DNA of 64,000 nt from an uncultured virus (IMG/VR IMGVR_UViG_3300037512_002166) (Duplodnaviria; Heunggongvirae; Uroviricota; Caudoviricetes). The notes beneath the pieces were generated by a model that saw only the letters and a program-made list of their open reading frames with translations, made no database searches and was not told the origin of the DNA. Within the stretch, counting starts at the first letter, position 1, and the number at the start of each line of letters is the position of its first letter. Positions 9,933-19,681 of the stretch are shown here, one piece after another. The stretch lies in the IMG/VR virus record IMGVR_UViG_3300037512_002166; one strand, given 5' to 3'. Position numbers and translations under genes: made by a program.

Positions 9933-10148
9933 ATGGCAGTATTTATTGAAGTACACACTATCGATGGGGCGCGTCGGGTCAACATCGACCACATTGTTTA
10001 TTATGCGCCGAACACAGACCAGGACAACGATAAGTATCCCGGCTATGTCCTCTGCGATCGTGCGATGATGCACGGACTACACACGGCTGAGTCCTACAGA
10101 GAAATCTACAAGATGATTTACGAGGCGCAAACCGGATGTAAACTGTAA
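9933..10148 (+). CDS. Hypothetical early protein
   Basis: ORF with leader. Confidence 0.7.
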   Translation: MAVFIEVHTIDGARRVNIDHIVYYAPNTDQDNDKYPGYVLCDRAMMHGLHTAESYREIYKMIYEAQTGCKL

Positions 10149-10204
10149 CACTGCGCCCCGGGGAGACCTGGGGCATAGTGCGAATCAACCAAAACTCAAG
10201 AATT

Positions 10205-10597
10205 ATGTTTATCAGCGAAATTCAACTGCGGCTGATGGATAGCATCGGCCGCGAAGGGTACCCGAAGTACAACCGAGCCCTGGGGCTTGCTTTGTATCGT
10301 GGTGCGAATCCGGATGAGATGACGGACGCATACCACCTCGCTCTCTGGTTCGAGGGTGCGGACTATAGTGTCAAGCGCGAGTTTCTCGACGCCTTCAATG
10401 AGCGAAACAACGACCTGCGGGTCTGCGACCATTGCGGTGTGTTCATGACCGAAGGATACCTCATCAACGGCCACAACCACGCATGCTCGAAAAGGTGCGC
10501 GCTCCAGATCTGGGGCGAAACAGAGAAGAGCTTCGACGAGGCGGTACGAGCGAGCGTGGAAGACGACGCAGGCGAAACCTTCTGGACCGAATGGTAG
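10205..10597 (+). CDS. Zn-finger-containing hypothetical protein
   Basis: CDHCG and CSKRC motifs. Confidence 0.7.
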   Translation: MFISEIQLRLMDSIGREGYPKYNRALGLALYRGANPDEMTDAYHLALWFEGADYSVKREFLDAFNERNNDLRVCDHCGVFMTEGYLINGHNHACSKRCALQIWGETEKSFDEAVRASVEDDAGETFWTEW

Positions 10598-10660
10598 AAT
10601 CTTCCCCGGACTGACCTCCGGGGCGGGTTCCATGTTTAACCAATTAAAATTCAAATTATT

Positions 10661-11605
10661 ATGAACACATTTCCTATCATTCTCTCCGACACCATCAAGA
10701 GCACGCACAGTTCGTTCTACCCCGAGCACGCGCTCCCGCTGTTCAACTACGGCAAGAAACTCTACATTGAGTACGAGGGCAAGATACGGGCCGCAATTCC
10801 TTTGTATTCGGCTTTCGTCTCCGTTCCCGGAGAGGTATACGGGCGGAGAACCACCAACCTGACCGGGTTCAATATAGCCGGTATCGGCAAGAAGGACATC
10901 GAGTGCGACATGCACTTTGACGGCCACGAGATCAAAACCGGATACTCGTTCCCCAGGCTCTTCAAGACCCTCGAAGACTACGACAGGTTTATCGAGGACA
11001 AGGGCGGAGCATATCGCCCTGACGCCGTTTCCGTGCCGGACATCCTCCGTGTGAACGGATATTCCGTTTTCTCTGAGGTCGGGACATGGGAGAAAGGCAT
11101 CGTGGGGTACTTCTATCACCACAATGAAGTAACCAAGGGCACGATGCCGTTCTGCGACATGTTCGTCGATGCGGACGGCGCCCATGTGACGGTGCTGCAT
11201 CGCGGAACCAGCTGGGCCGAGAACAAAGTAGCATACCTTACCCGTGAAGAATGCCTCGCCGCGAACCGCAAAGAGGTCGAAGAGTTCGACGAGCCGGCCC
11301 GTGAGCCGGAAGGCATTATGGACGAGACAAACGGGCATGAGGCAGAGCTGGTGCGCCGCATCAACGATGCGTGGAACAAGTACCGGGAGGAGTTCTATCC
11401 AATCCTCTGCGCCCTCTATGCGCGTGACATCGAGGAGATCTGCGACTCCGATGCTTTCGCCTTTAAGGCGGACGACTCTATGGAGACGAACCTCGAAGAG
11501 ATGAAGGCGAACTGGGACTACTACGCCTATGCGTACCTGCAGCACATCGCCGACAACAACGATCTCTCGACCATCCTTCATTTCCTCAACTACGGAAACC
11601 GGTAG
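10661..11605 (+). CDS. Hypothetical multidomain early protein
   Basis: 314-aa ORF with leader. Confidence 0.8.
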   Translation: MNTFPIILSDTIKSTHSSFYPEHALPLFNYGKKLYIEYEGKIRAAIPLYSAFVSVPGEVYGRRTTNLTGFNIAGIGKKDIECDMHFDGHEIKTGYSFPRLFKTLEDYDRFIEDKGGAYRPDAVSVPDILRVNGYSVFSEVGTWEKGIVGYFYHHNEVTKGTMPFCDMFVDADGAHVTVLHRGTSWAENKVAYLTREECLAANRKEVEEFDEPAREPEGIMDETNGHEAELVRRINDAWNKYREEFYPILCALYARDIEEICDSDAFAFKADDSMETNLEEMKANWDYYAYAYLQHIADNNDLSTILHFLNYGNR

Positions 11606-11669
11606 CAAATCATCCCCGGGCCGCTCAGATGCGACCCCGGGATCTTCGTTTAACCAAACAACAAAGATT

Positions 11670-11864
11670 ATGAGCAATACGTTATTCGATCCCGTCATTG
11701 ACGGGGAGCAGTATTACACGTACCACCGCAAGCCGACCGAGTCCGAGATCAAGCGAGGATTCGGCGCGACCCACTACCGGGACTTCCCCGAGAGCCAGGT
11801 GCGCAAGCCCGGCTTCCGGATCAAGAAGTGGCTGAAGGCCGACGGCCTCCGCTACTACCGATGA
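11670..11864 (+). CDS. Small conserved phage protein (GFGATHYRDF)
   Basis: ATG after leader. Confidence 0.7.
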   Translation: MSNTLFDPVIDGEQYYTYHRKPTESEIKRGFGATHYRDFPESQVRKPGFRIKKWLKADGLRYYR

Positions 11865-11926
11865 ATCACTCCGGGGCCACCTTATCGTGACCTCGGGATC
11901 TGCAAACCAACTAAAACAGAATCATC

Positions 11927-12133
11927 ATGAACGTACGAGAATTATCCCGCGAGCAGCTCATCGAGCTGAAGCAGGGCTACCTTACGCAGAACGGCAACCC
12001 GTCCTACGGCGAACTCGCTGCAGCCGACGAACTTGTGTCCGACGAGACGATCTTCGAGGAGTACTCGGCCACCGAATTCGTGCCGGACGACTTCGCCTGC
12101 ACAGCCGACCTCCCCTGGTGGGAGAAGCCTTAA
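11927..12133 (+). CDS. Small acidic protein
   Basis: ORF with leader. Confidence 0.7.
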   Translation: MNVRELSREQLIELKQGYLTQNGNPSYGELAAADELVSDETIFEEYSATEFVPDDFACTADLPWWEKP

Positions 12134-12193
12134 TCCCGCAGGCAGGAGAGATCCTGCCACGGGGCCAGTTTAACCACCAAAAATGAAACAGTT

Positions 12194-12385
12194 ATGAAAC
12201 GGATTCCCAAAATTGACGAACGCGTCGAGGAAAAAGAGAAGACACAGAACGAGAAGGAAAGCGAAATTCGTACCCTCTTTGAGAAACTCTCACAGGAGAG
12301 CCGAACGGACCTTATGGCTGAGTTCTACGATAACCTCAGCGACTACTGGAAAGACGAATTCCTTCGCAAGATTGATTGCGAGTAA
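12194..12385 (+). CDS. Small hypothetical protein
   Basis: ORF with leader. Confidence 0.65.
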   Translation: MKRIPKIDERVEEKEKTQNEKESEIRTLFEKLSQESRTDLMAEFYDNLSDYWKDEFLRKIDCE

Positions 12386-12424
12386 CATTATCTCCGGGTG
12401 CCTGACCGCGCCCGGGGGTACAAT

Positions 12425-12505
12425 TTCCCGCTGTGAAGCGGGCCCATAACTAAGTGTTTAAAGTGTAATGAAAGGCCCGGCCTCCATGATCGGGGGTCGG
12501 GTTGC
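12425..12505 (+). ncRNA. Candidate antisense sRNA A targeting the start region of gene 3889
   Basis: CCCGCT-GTGA-AGCGGG hairpin, guide 12444-12475 complementary to 3856-3892, 3' GC hairpin. Confidence 0.6.
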
Positions 12506-12549
12506 TAAACAAACCTTGAAAATATCAAAAGAATCTTTAACTTTGCGTC

Positions 12550-12801
12550 ATGGAAATAAGCAACACAGTTAAGTCTGTCGCGAGGAAGAACGGGTTCGAC
12601 CTCCTGGACATTGCGAAGAAGATAGGGATTACCTATACCGCTCTCTGGTCCCGATTGAAAGACCCGAAGCTCTCGACGCTCGAAGAGATCGCCGGCATCA
12701 TCGGGGTGCCGGTGTCTGCCTTCTTCACCGAGTCGAATTACTCCGGCGGAGACTTGGCCTGCCCCCATTGCGGGGTCCCTATCAAGATCTTCCTCGGGTA
12801 G
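12550..12801 (+). CDS. XRE-family HTH regulator with C-terminal Zn ribbon
   Basis: IAKKIGITYTALW..PKLSTLEEIA, CPHCG; TAACTTTG immediately upstream (near-leaderless). Confidence 0.85.
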   Translation: MEISNTVKSVARKNGFDLLDIAKKIGITYTALWSRLKDPKLSTLEEIAGIIGVPVSAFFTESNYSGGDLACPHCGVPIKIFLG

Positions 12802-12883
12802 ACCCGGGAGATGCCATTGCAGGGCGCAGTCAGTTGATTCTGGCTGCGCCTTCTTCGTTTAACCAACAAAACACTTTCAAATC

Positions 12884-13615
12884 ATGGCTACTAAATCATT
12901 AACCGGCAAGCACAACTATGCCGAATTCAGCGCAGAAACGATCAAGGCCCGCGTCCAGAAGATGCTGGCGTTCCGCGACCAGGTGGACGTAGAGAAGGAG
13001 CACGTCAAGTTCTCCTACGAGAACCGCAAGACCGGCGCCCTCGTCCCGTCCGTGTCGCTAATCCCCGTCGCCGATTGCCGCAACTGTCGGGTATGCTCCC
13101 GTGGGTGCTACGACGTGCGCAACGTCTGCCTCTGGTCCACGGTCCAGAAGAACCGAGCGATCAACTCCGCGATCTACCACCGGGCGCCCGAGAAGTACTG
13201 GGATGAGATCCGCCAGCGAGTCAAGTCGCTCCGTTTCTTCCGATACCACATCGGGGCGGACATCCAGAACTCTCTCTATCTGCATCAGATCGTGACGATC
13301 GCCCAGGAGACGCCCACGTGTGAATTTTTGGTGTTCACGAAAATGTATCACCTCGTGAACGAGTTCCTCACTGACTACCCGGCCCACGAGTTCCCGAAAA
13401 ACATGCACGTGATCTTTTCCGACTGGCGCGGCGCCGAGTTCGAGAACCCGCACAACCTCCCGATCTCCAGCCCCGTCTGGAAGAACGGAGAGCGCGGGCC
13501 GCACTGCACGGAAGACTGCATCTGGTGCCCGGGAGATTGCTCCGCCTGCGCCGAGACCAACGGCGGATGCTGGGGCCTGAAGAAGGGACAGACCGTCCTC
13601 TTCGAGGCGCACTGA
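12884..13615 (+). CDS. Gp88-like Fe-S/radical-SAM-related protein
   Basis: CRNCRVC..CY, FRYHIGAD, C-terminal CPGDCSAC..GCW. Confidence 0.7.
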   Translation: MATKSLTGKHNYAEFSAETIKARVQKMLAFRDQVDVEKEHVKFSYENRKTGALVPSVSLIPVADCRNCRVCSRGCYDVRNVCLWSTVQKNRAINSAIYHRAPEKYWDEIRQRVKSLRFFRYHIGADIQNSLYLHQIVTIAQETPTCEFLVFTKMYHLVNEFLTDYPAHEFPKNMHVIFSDWRGAEFENPHNLPISSPVWKNGERGPHCTEDCIWCPGDCSACAETNGGCWGLKKGQTVLFEAH

Positions 13616-13673
13616 ATCATGAGGCCGGAGACGAACCTCCGGCCCCGTGCAAACAACCAATCAACAAGTCATT

Positions 13674-13910
13674 ATGAAAAAGATCCTCGAAGTCTTCCAG
13701 ACGTACTGCGACGCGTATCTCGAGTACCTGAACAACTTCATTACCGCCGAGGCTTTTGAGAGCTTCTACAACCTCGACCCAAATGAGGTCAACTCGCTTC
13801 TTGTCGCCGCCAGGGCAACCCGCTCTGAGGGCGGATCGTATCGAGAAATCGACTGGTCCATGAACCGGACAACCAACACAAAGTACACGGAGAAGAACAT
13901 TCACCACTGA
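13674..13910 (+). CDS. Hypothetical protein
   Basis: ATG after leader. Confidence 0.7.
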   Translation: MKKILEVFQTYCDAYLEYLNNFITAEAFESFYNLDPNEVNSLLVAARATRSEGGSYREIDWSMNRTTNTKYTEKNIHH

Positions 13911-13969
13911 ATCATCCGGCCGGGGATAGATCCCGGGCCGGATGCCAGTTCAACCAATAAATCAACATT

Positions 13970-14269
13970 ATGGCAAAAGAAAGAATAATTAGCTTTTACT
14001 TCCTACGGAAGCATGGATTCAAAAAAGATGGTCTGTCGTTTACAAAGCGCATAAGAGCCGATAAAGACCATAAGACTACAGTCGGCGTATTCTTTAGGTT
14101 TGACGCAGACAGAGATGAGAAATTCATCCCTGAAAGAATCTTTGTCAGGTCGAATTTTATGTACACGGACAACGGTCGCACAACGGTCATCGATGAGAGC
14201 GGCGGAATTACGCAGCAGCAGCTCGTGGACCTCTGTGCCGAGTTTGGAATCGACCTGCTCCGGGATTAG
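13970..14269 (+). CDS. Hypothetical protein
   Basis: ORF with leader; lower GC than neighbours. Confidence 0.7.
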   Translation: MAKERIISFYFLRKHGFKKDGLSFTKRIRADKDHKTTVGVFFRFDADRDEKFIPERIFVRSNFMYTDNGRTTVIDESGGITQQQLVDLCAEFGIDLLRD

Positions 14270-14316
14270 GATTGGCCCCATCCCGGGGCGCCACTCAACC
14301 AATAAACACTCACATT

Positions 14317-14550
14317 ATGTACAACATCATTTTATCAACAATCCTGCAAGGACTCCAGAACGCAGGAGACATCGTGACGATCACTTGCTACCGCGACAAA
14401 GAGAAGATGACCAGAAAAGACGCCGTCGAGAAATACCTCGACTGCATGGCCAACTCCGATGGCGCCGAGCACGAGCGATACGAGACGATCTTCCTGCAGC
14501 TGCTCGGTGGCAGCACGACTCCTTCTGACATGAAAGATTGGAGGGAGTAG
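14317..14550 (+). CDS. Hypothetical protein
   Basis: ATG after leader. Confidence 0.7.
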   Translation: MYNIILSTILQGLQNAGDIVTITCYRDKEKMTRKDAVEKYLDCMANSDGAEHERYETIFLQLLGGSTTPSDMKDWRE

Positions 14551-14552
14551 CC

Positions 14553-14813
14553 ATGAGGCAGATTAGAAACTGCAAGATCGGGCACTTTGTAAAGTACAAC
14601 GGTGTCCTCTGCCAGGTGAACTGCTTCTACACGAACGCAAGGGGCAAGCACGCGACGCTTACCGAGGTGTGCCACGGGAAGAGGCGGCTGTTCACTCCGA
14701 AGGCAGACGAGAAGGTCGAATATCTTGGCGATTCTGCTACGGACGACAACGGGAATTTCTGGTGCTTCCGCAAGCACGATCCCGTCGAAGAATGGAACAG
14801 ACAACACCGATAG
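14553..14813 (+). CDS. Hypothetical protein
   Basis: TAGCCATG junction with previous gene. Confidence 0.65.
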   Translation: MRQIRNCKIGHFVKYNGVLCQVNCFYTNARGKHATLTEVCHGKRRLFTPKADEKVEYLGDSATDDNGNFWCFRKHDPVEEWNRQHR

Positions 14814-14815
14814 CC

Positions 14816-15136
14816 ATGGAACAAGATCAGGAAATTAGCATTCAGATCCACGACTACGAGAACGGGATCTACCGCATCGTCGAGGATCGCAAGGCGACCT
14901 GGGCCGAGGTGCAGGAGCTGAAGGAGAAGGCCAGAAGCTCAGTCAAGATTGACTGGGATAATCTCCCTCCGAAGGCTACGCATGTCGTGTTTTACGCGGA
15001 GCTTCTCGACGAGAACGGCGACGTTTGGTTCGCCGGCATCTTCATGCACGGGGAGGCCTACGGGGACTATGACTTCGACATGATCTTTACGGCAAAGAAC
15101 GTCGGGTATGTAGGCGCATTCCACAAGCGCGTGTAA
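14816..15136 (+). CDS. Hypothetical protein
   Basis: TAGCCATG junction. Confidence 0.7.
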   Translation: MEQDQEISIQIHDYENGIYRIVEDRKATWAEVQELKEKARSSVKIDWDNLPPKATHVVFYAELLDENGDVWFAGIFMHGEAYGDYDFDMIFTAKNVGYVGAFHKRV

Positions 15137-15200
15137 TCACGGCCGGCCGGGATTTACCTCCGGGCTGGCTGCCAAGTTTAACCCTTAAAAATCACGAATT

Positions 15201-16250
15201 ATGAACAAAAGAAATGAATGGAAAGAGCTGCTCGAGCAGGCGAACGTGGACCTCAAAAAGTACAACATCTGGATAAAGATCTCCGAGGAAGACGGGTTCT
15301 TTACGCTCTACCTCATGCAGGGTGGCAAGCAGCCATACACCTTCGCCGAGAACTACTACGAGAACGAGCTCTGCGAGCTGATCAACGAGGCCTGGGCACA
15401 TGCCCGGGCAAAGGGAAAGCACGAAAAGCGGCAGGAGGAGTACAGGATCCCCGCTCTCGACAGGAAGATGCACCTTCTCGGCGAGAGCATCCAGGAGGTC
15501 ACGCTTGCCGCGTGGCCGGTCATCTGGGCGGACAACAAGTACGACCAGGACTCCCGCGTTGTGCTCGAGACCATCCGCAGGTGGGGCTGGGCGTTCGAGA
15601 ACTGGTGGCTCGGCCACACGGACGAGTGGATTGGGACCCATGACTACATCGAGGAAATCGACAAGTTCACGGAACGCAAGTGCAAGGAGTACCTCAAGGA
15701 GCTGGGCGTCGAGCCCGGGGCCATCGAGATCGTGGACGAGCAGACCGGCAAGGTCATCGCATCCAAGCCTGCAGCCGAGGACCGGGGCCATATGGAGGAG
15801 ACGATCGACGTGATGCTCGACATCGCGAGCTACGCCGAGGACCGCTTCAACGACGAGGTCTGCGACAGAGACGTTGAGCGTACACTCAACAAGGAGTGGG
15901 CCCGCGAGTTCTCCAAGTGGTGGTATTGCGAGCTGACCGACGACGAGCGGATGGAGCGTGACTACTGGCTGGAGCTTGTCCACTTCCTCGACGAGAAGTT
16001 CGAGGAGTACAAGAACGGCGGCGCAAAGGACTACATCGTCCACATCACCCGCACCGAGAAGTACGAGGCCGACGTCCTGGTGTCCGCAACCTCAGAGGAG
16101 GAGGCGGAGAAGAAGGTCGAGGAGGCCTGGGGAGACGGAAAGCACAACTGGCTCTACGAGAAGATGACCGAGAACATCAACTGCGACTCGCAGACCTACA
16201 AGGCCAGACAGGCCTACTCTACCGAGGAGCACTATGACTTCTCCATCTGA
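15201..16250 (+). CDS. Acidic multidomain protein with internal repeat
   Basis: 349 aa; two W..F..WW..DY.E..F blocks. Confidence 0.8.
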   Translation: MNKRNEWKELLEQANVDLKKYNIWIKISEEDGFFTLYLMQGGKQPYTFAENYYENELCELINEAWAHARAKGKHEKRQEEYRIPALDRKMHLLGESIQEVTLAAWPVIWADNKYDQDSRVVLETIRRWGWAFENWWLGHTDEWIGTHDYIEEIDKFTERKCKEYLKELGVEPGAIEIVDEQTGKVIASKPAAEDRGHMEETIDVMLDIASYAEDRFNDEVCDRDVERTLNKEWAREFSKWWYCELTDDERMERDYWLELVHFLDEKFEEYKNGGAKDYIVHITRTEKYEADVLVSATSEEEAEKKVEEAWGDGKHNWLYEKMTENINCDSQTYKARQAYSTEEHYDFSI

Positions 16251-16311
16251 CACCTGCCCTGCCCCACCGACCTGGGGCGGGGTGGCTACAAACCCTTAAA
16301 ACAAATAAATC

Positions 16312-16473
16312 ATGAAACATTACACCGCATCCTATGTCAATGGGAAAGATGAGTGCTGGGACGTGATTCTCGGAGCCGAGAACTGGAAAGCAGCACGGAA
16401 AGAAGCCCGCAGGCATCAGAAAGAGTACGGCAAACTCAGGAGCGTCCGCGTTAGGAAGACCAAAACAGAATAG
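16312..16473 (+). CDS. Small basic protein (not in track)
   Basis: MKHYTASYVNGKDECW.. after leader. Confidence 0.6.
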   Translation: MKHYTASYVNGKDECWDVILGAENWKAARKEARRHQKEYGKLRSVRVRKTKTE

Positions 16474-16475
16474 CC

Positions 16476-16784
16476 ATGGCAAAGACTGAATACGAACTCT
16501 ATCTCCGCACCTGGTCCCACCTCAACCCGAATGCCGAGAGGGATCGGGATTATGAGACCATCGACTTCGACCCCTGCGTCAACTATCGCGACGCCGTGAA
16601 GAGAGCGAAGGAGCTCTCGAAGAAAGTCCCCTACCGGGACGCACACGGCATCGAGATCGTCCAAGTCCAGATCGCCGCGTACATCGATGGCGAGGAGGAG
16701 AAGTATGGTACATCATACTATCTTCTCTGGAAGGAGACGTACGAGAACGGAAAGAGACTGGGGCGAATCTGGTACAAGCTCTGA
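16476..16784 (+). CDS. Hypothetical protein
   Basis: TAGCCATG junction. Confidence 0.7.
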   Translation: MAKTEYELYLRTWSHLNPNAERDRDYETIDFDPCVNYRDAVKRAKELSKKVPYRDAHGIEIVQVQIAAYIDGEEEKYGTSYYLLWKETYENGKRLGRIWYKL

Positions 16785-16840
16785 CTACGTGGCCGGCGGC
16801 ATAACACCACCGGCTTCGCCACAAACCAACAAATCACATT

Positions 16841-17308
16841 ATGAAAAAGTACAGACCTATTGCAGTGTATAACAAGGCAGAGGACATCGTCGACCTCTTC
16901 CCTTGCGACGCAATCAAGCCCGACATGGGCGACATCATCTACAAGCATTACATGGCCGGCCACGGCTCGCCCAGGCAGCTTAATTGTGGCGACGATCCAG
17001 AGAGCTGGTGGACCGAGAAGGAGGTCAAGTCAGACAAGAATTTCGTCCTCACTTCCGACAAACGGCACGGCGTGCGGTTCACTCGCGGATTCAAGCAGCA
17101 CGGATTGCCGATGGGTTACTTCATCGACATCTACGGACTCGTCGGCGAGGACGAACCGGCGCCAAAGGGCGTGACCCTCTACGAAGTCCGTTCCCTTGCC
17201 ACGCGCCAGGACGTCGGCTGCGAGGCTATGGATGCCGAGACGCTGGCTATACGTCTTCCGGATCTCATCGAGAAGAACGGCAGCGTCATCGTGCTTCAGC
17301 ACGAGTAG
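16841..17308 (+). CDS. Hypothetical protein
   Basis: ORF with leader. Confidence 0.7.
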   Translation: MKKYRPIAVYNKAEDIVDLFPCDAIKPDMGDIIYKHYMAGHGSPRQLNCGDDPESWWTEKEVKSDKNFVLTSDKRHGVRFTRGFKQHGLPMGYFIDIYGLVGEDEPAPKGVTLYEVRSLATRQDVGCEAMDAETLAIRLPDLIEKNGSVIVLQHE

Positions 17309-17367
17309 CACCATGGGCGCAGGACATTGGTTTGTCCTGCGCCCGCACGAACCAATCAATTCACATC

Positions 17368-17652
17368 ATGACTATCAGCTTATTCAACGCGGAAAGGCTC
17401 AACTATGGACGGCCTTTCACGATTACCATCGGCGGCAAAGAGTACAAGGGCACCTTCTTCGAGGACTGTCGAATCTCGGAGATCTACAAGAATGCGCACG
17501 CCTACGGCATCCGCCACTCGGACGAGGATCTCTGCGAGCCGGTTTCGGTCGCCAAGGGCTATCCGATGGTGAACTTCTTCGGCACCTTCATCACGAAGAA
17601 GCCACTGCCCATCGAGCGGGAGACAGACATCGACTCCTGGAGCGAGGAGTAG
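17368..17652 (+). CDS. LPD28-like domain protein
   Basis: YGIRHSDED..P....VNFFGTFIT motif. Confidence 0.65.
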   Translation: MTISLFNAERLNYGRPFTITIGGKEYKGTFFEDCRISEIYKNAHAYGIRHSDEDLCEPVSVAKGYPMVNFFGTFITKKPLPIERETDIDSWSEE

Positions 17653-17713
17653 CGAACATGGGCCGGTGGCATTGAGTTACCTCCGGGCCCGCAATAAACC
17701 AAAATTACAGATT

Positions 17714-17944
17714 ATGGCATACACTATCAAATTCACAACGAAGGAAGACACCGAGAACGGCGTCACCCTCAAATTGAAAAGGGACAAAACAAAGCCCCTG
17801 CACGAAGACATTGCAGACATTGCGAATGTCAACAAAGCCGAGCTTATCAAAAAGTTCGGGTACAGCACGCTCAATGCCTACGTAAAGCTTAAGGACAACA
17901 ACGGCTGGCAGCTGATCTGCGACATGAAACTCTCACTGCACTGA
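17714..17944 (+). CDS. Hypothetical protein
   Basis: ATG after leader. Confidence 0.65.
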   Translation: MAYTIKFTTKEDTENGVTLKLKRDKTKPLHEDIADIANVNKAELIKKFGYSTLNAYVKLKDNNGWQLICDMKLSLH

Positions 17945-17947
17945 GCC

Positions 17948-18241
17948 ATGGAGACAAGAAAGATCACCCCGGACAAGAACGGGAAATGGCGGTACCAGAT
18001 CACGCTCACCAGAAAGCAGCTTGATGTCCTGCGCGCCCTTGCGTGGACCGTGCAGAACACCATCAAGGAGAACGACGACGTTGCCGAAGAGTACGAGGAG
18101 AACCTCAAGTATTTCGGCCACCTCAACCGGGACACCGACTATCCGGCGGCCGGCCTGAAGCTCACGTTCCGAAAAGTGATCGACGGGCTCGAGCCGGTAG
18201 ACAGAGAACGAGAATTCACAATCACAATCACAAACTTATGA
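17948..18241 (+). CDS. Hypothetical protein
   Basis: TGAGCCATG junction. Confidence 0.65.
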   Translation: METRKITPDKNGKWRYQITLTRKQLDVLRALAWTVQNTIKENDDVAEEYEENLKYFGHLNRDTDYPAAGLKLTFRKVIDGLEPVDREREFTITITNL

Positions 18242-18513
18242 ACGCAAAACGCAAAAAACGCACAGAGAAAGCCCTGGACCAGGTCCGGGAGCTCAAGGAC
18301 AAGGTCGAGGCGATCAAGAACGAGGTCGAGACGCTGAAGGACGAGGAGCAAGAGTCCCACGACAACCTCCCCGACTCCCTGCAGTTTTCCGAGAAAGGGG
18401 ACGAAATGCAGGAGATAGCGGATTCGCTCGACTCCGCAGTCGACAACCTCGGGTACGCTATCGACTCGCTATCTGACGCCGTCGACTCCCTGAACGAGGT
18501 TGTCGACCGATGA
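18238..18513 (+). CDS. Acidic coiled-coil phage protein
   Basis: EEQESHDNLPDSLQFSEKG motif; ATGA overlap. Confidence 0.7.
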   Translation: MNAKRKKRTEKALDQVRELKDKVEAIKNEVETLKDEEQESHDNLPDSLQFSEKGDEMQEIADSLDSAVDNLGYAIDSLSDAVDSLNEVVDR

Positions 18514-18636
18514 CACGTAAAGGTTAAATATTTAACCATCAGGTGTTGCCAAATAGAAATATTTGACTACCTTTGTACCAGACCATTCCCGGCCAACCCC
18601 GGGGGTGGTCACAACAAACCAAGTTACGCAAAAGTT

Positions 18637-19377
18637 ATGAAGAAGTATGCAATCTACATCAGAGTCAGTACGACCCGCCAGGGCGAGTCGGGACTCGGTC
18701 TGGAGAGCCAGCTCGCGAACTGCGAACGCTTCATCAGGCAGGAGGGCGGAGAGAAGACAATGGTGTTCAAGGATGTGGACAGCGGCCGTAATCGTTCCCG
18801 CCCGGGACTCTGGGCGGCGATCAGCCACTGCGAGAAAACCGGAGACTCCCTCGTTATCGCAAAACTCGATCGTCTTGCCCGCGATGTCGAATTCACATTC
18901 AAGGTGATCAACACCGGAATCGACATCAGATTCGCGGATATGCCGCAGGTCAACACCGTTATCCTCGGCGTTATCGCGTCCGTCAGCCAGTACGAAGCCG
19001 AGCTCATCTCATCCCGTACGAAATCCGCGCTTGCAGCCAAAAAGGCCAGGGGCGAGAAGACGGGAGGCACCAACTCACTTTGGGGAAGTAAGACCGGCGC
19101 CAATCGCTCCGAAGCTCTCGACAAGGCACGGGAGGCGTCAGCTGCAGCGAAGCGCGACAGGGCGAAGAAAGACCCCAACAATGTCGCCTTCCGTGAATTC
19201 ATGGAGGACTGGCGGGAATCTGGTAAGAAGCTCGATTGGGACGCCATCTCCGCCAAGCTCAATGAGCGCGGCAAGCTGACATCTTCCGGTCTTCCTTTCA
19301 CGCCGGCCAGGGCAAAGTCCATGGACCAGAACGTCCGAAGAATCTTTTCAACCAAACAGGTATTATGGATAAATTGA
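18637..19377 (+). CDS. Serine recombinase (resolvase/invertase family)
   Basis: YIRVST catalytic motif, DSG..R.RPGL, AKLDRLAR; own promoter TACCTTTG at about 18568 and palindrome GGTTAAATATTTAACC at 18522-18537. Confidence 0.95.
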   Translation: MKKYAIYIRVSTTRQGESGLGLESQLANCERFIRQEGGEKTMVFKDVDSGRNRSRPGLWAAISHCEKTGDSLVIAKLDRLARDVEFTFKVINTGIDIRFADMPQVNTVILGVIASVSQYEAELISSRTKSALAAKKARGEKTGGTNSLWGSKTGANRSEALDKAREASAAAKRDRAKKDPNNVAFREFMEDWRESGKKLDWDAISAKLNERGKLTSSGLPFTPARAKSMDQNVRRIFSTKQVLWIN

Positions 19378-19486
19378 CAGAGAGAATAAAGCACCTCGAG
19401 AGCATCGACAGGTGGCTCACGGCTGGCATCCTGCTCTGCTGTGTGTGGATTCTCGTATTCGCAATCTTACTCGGAGGAGGTAGCCT

Positions 19487-19681
19487 ATGATGATGAGTGA
19501 AATGCAGAAGCTGGACCTGTACTATTACCTTGCGTGTGCCGGCGTAGTCGCCTATCTGATCCTGCTCGTGATCAAGATCATCGTCCGCAAGATCCTGCTC
19601 GACCAGACTATCCACGATAAGCTCGCCATGGAAGATGATGACCCGGACTTCGATCGGGAAAAATACGAGAACTGGGTATGA
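19487..19681 (+). CDS. Small membrane protein
   Basis: Single hydrophobic segment; preceded by a similar 41-aa TM ORF at 19365-19490. Confidence 0.6.
   Translation: MMMSEMQKLDLYYYLACAGVVAYLILLVIKIIVRKILLDQTIHDKLAMEDDDPDFDREKYENWV

Larger units (their letters stand above)
5225..18636 (+). repeat. About 28 recurring intergenic units: stop codon, GC-rich (CCCGG/CCGGG) hairpin, AACC, A-rich, ATG
   Basis: Seen before genes at 5281, 5612, 5821, 6131, 6524, 6929, 7217, 7887, 8295, 9197, 9494, 9933, 10205, 10661, 11670, 11927, 12194, 12884, 13674, 13970, 14317, 15201, 16312, 16841, 17368, 17714, 18637. Confidence 0.85.

Noticed and set aside
10196..11698. Long opposite-strand ORFs (also 47125-48873, 52091-53293, 26776-27873, 18654-19394)
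   Set aside because: Shadow ORFs caused by GC3 codon bias opposite well-supported genes.
5225..18636. Integron attC array
   Set aside because: The units lack consistent RYYYAAC..GTTRRRY boxes, and the tyrosine recombinase is a phage integrase with its own attP, not IntI.
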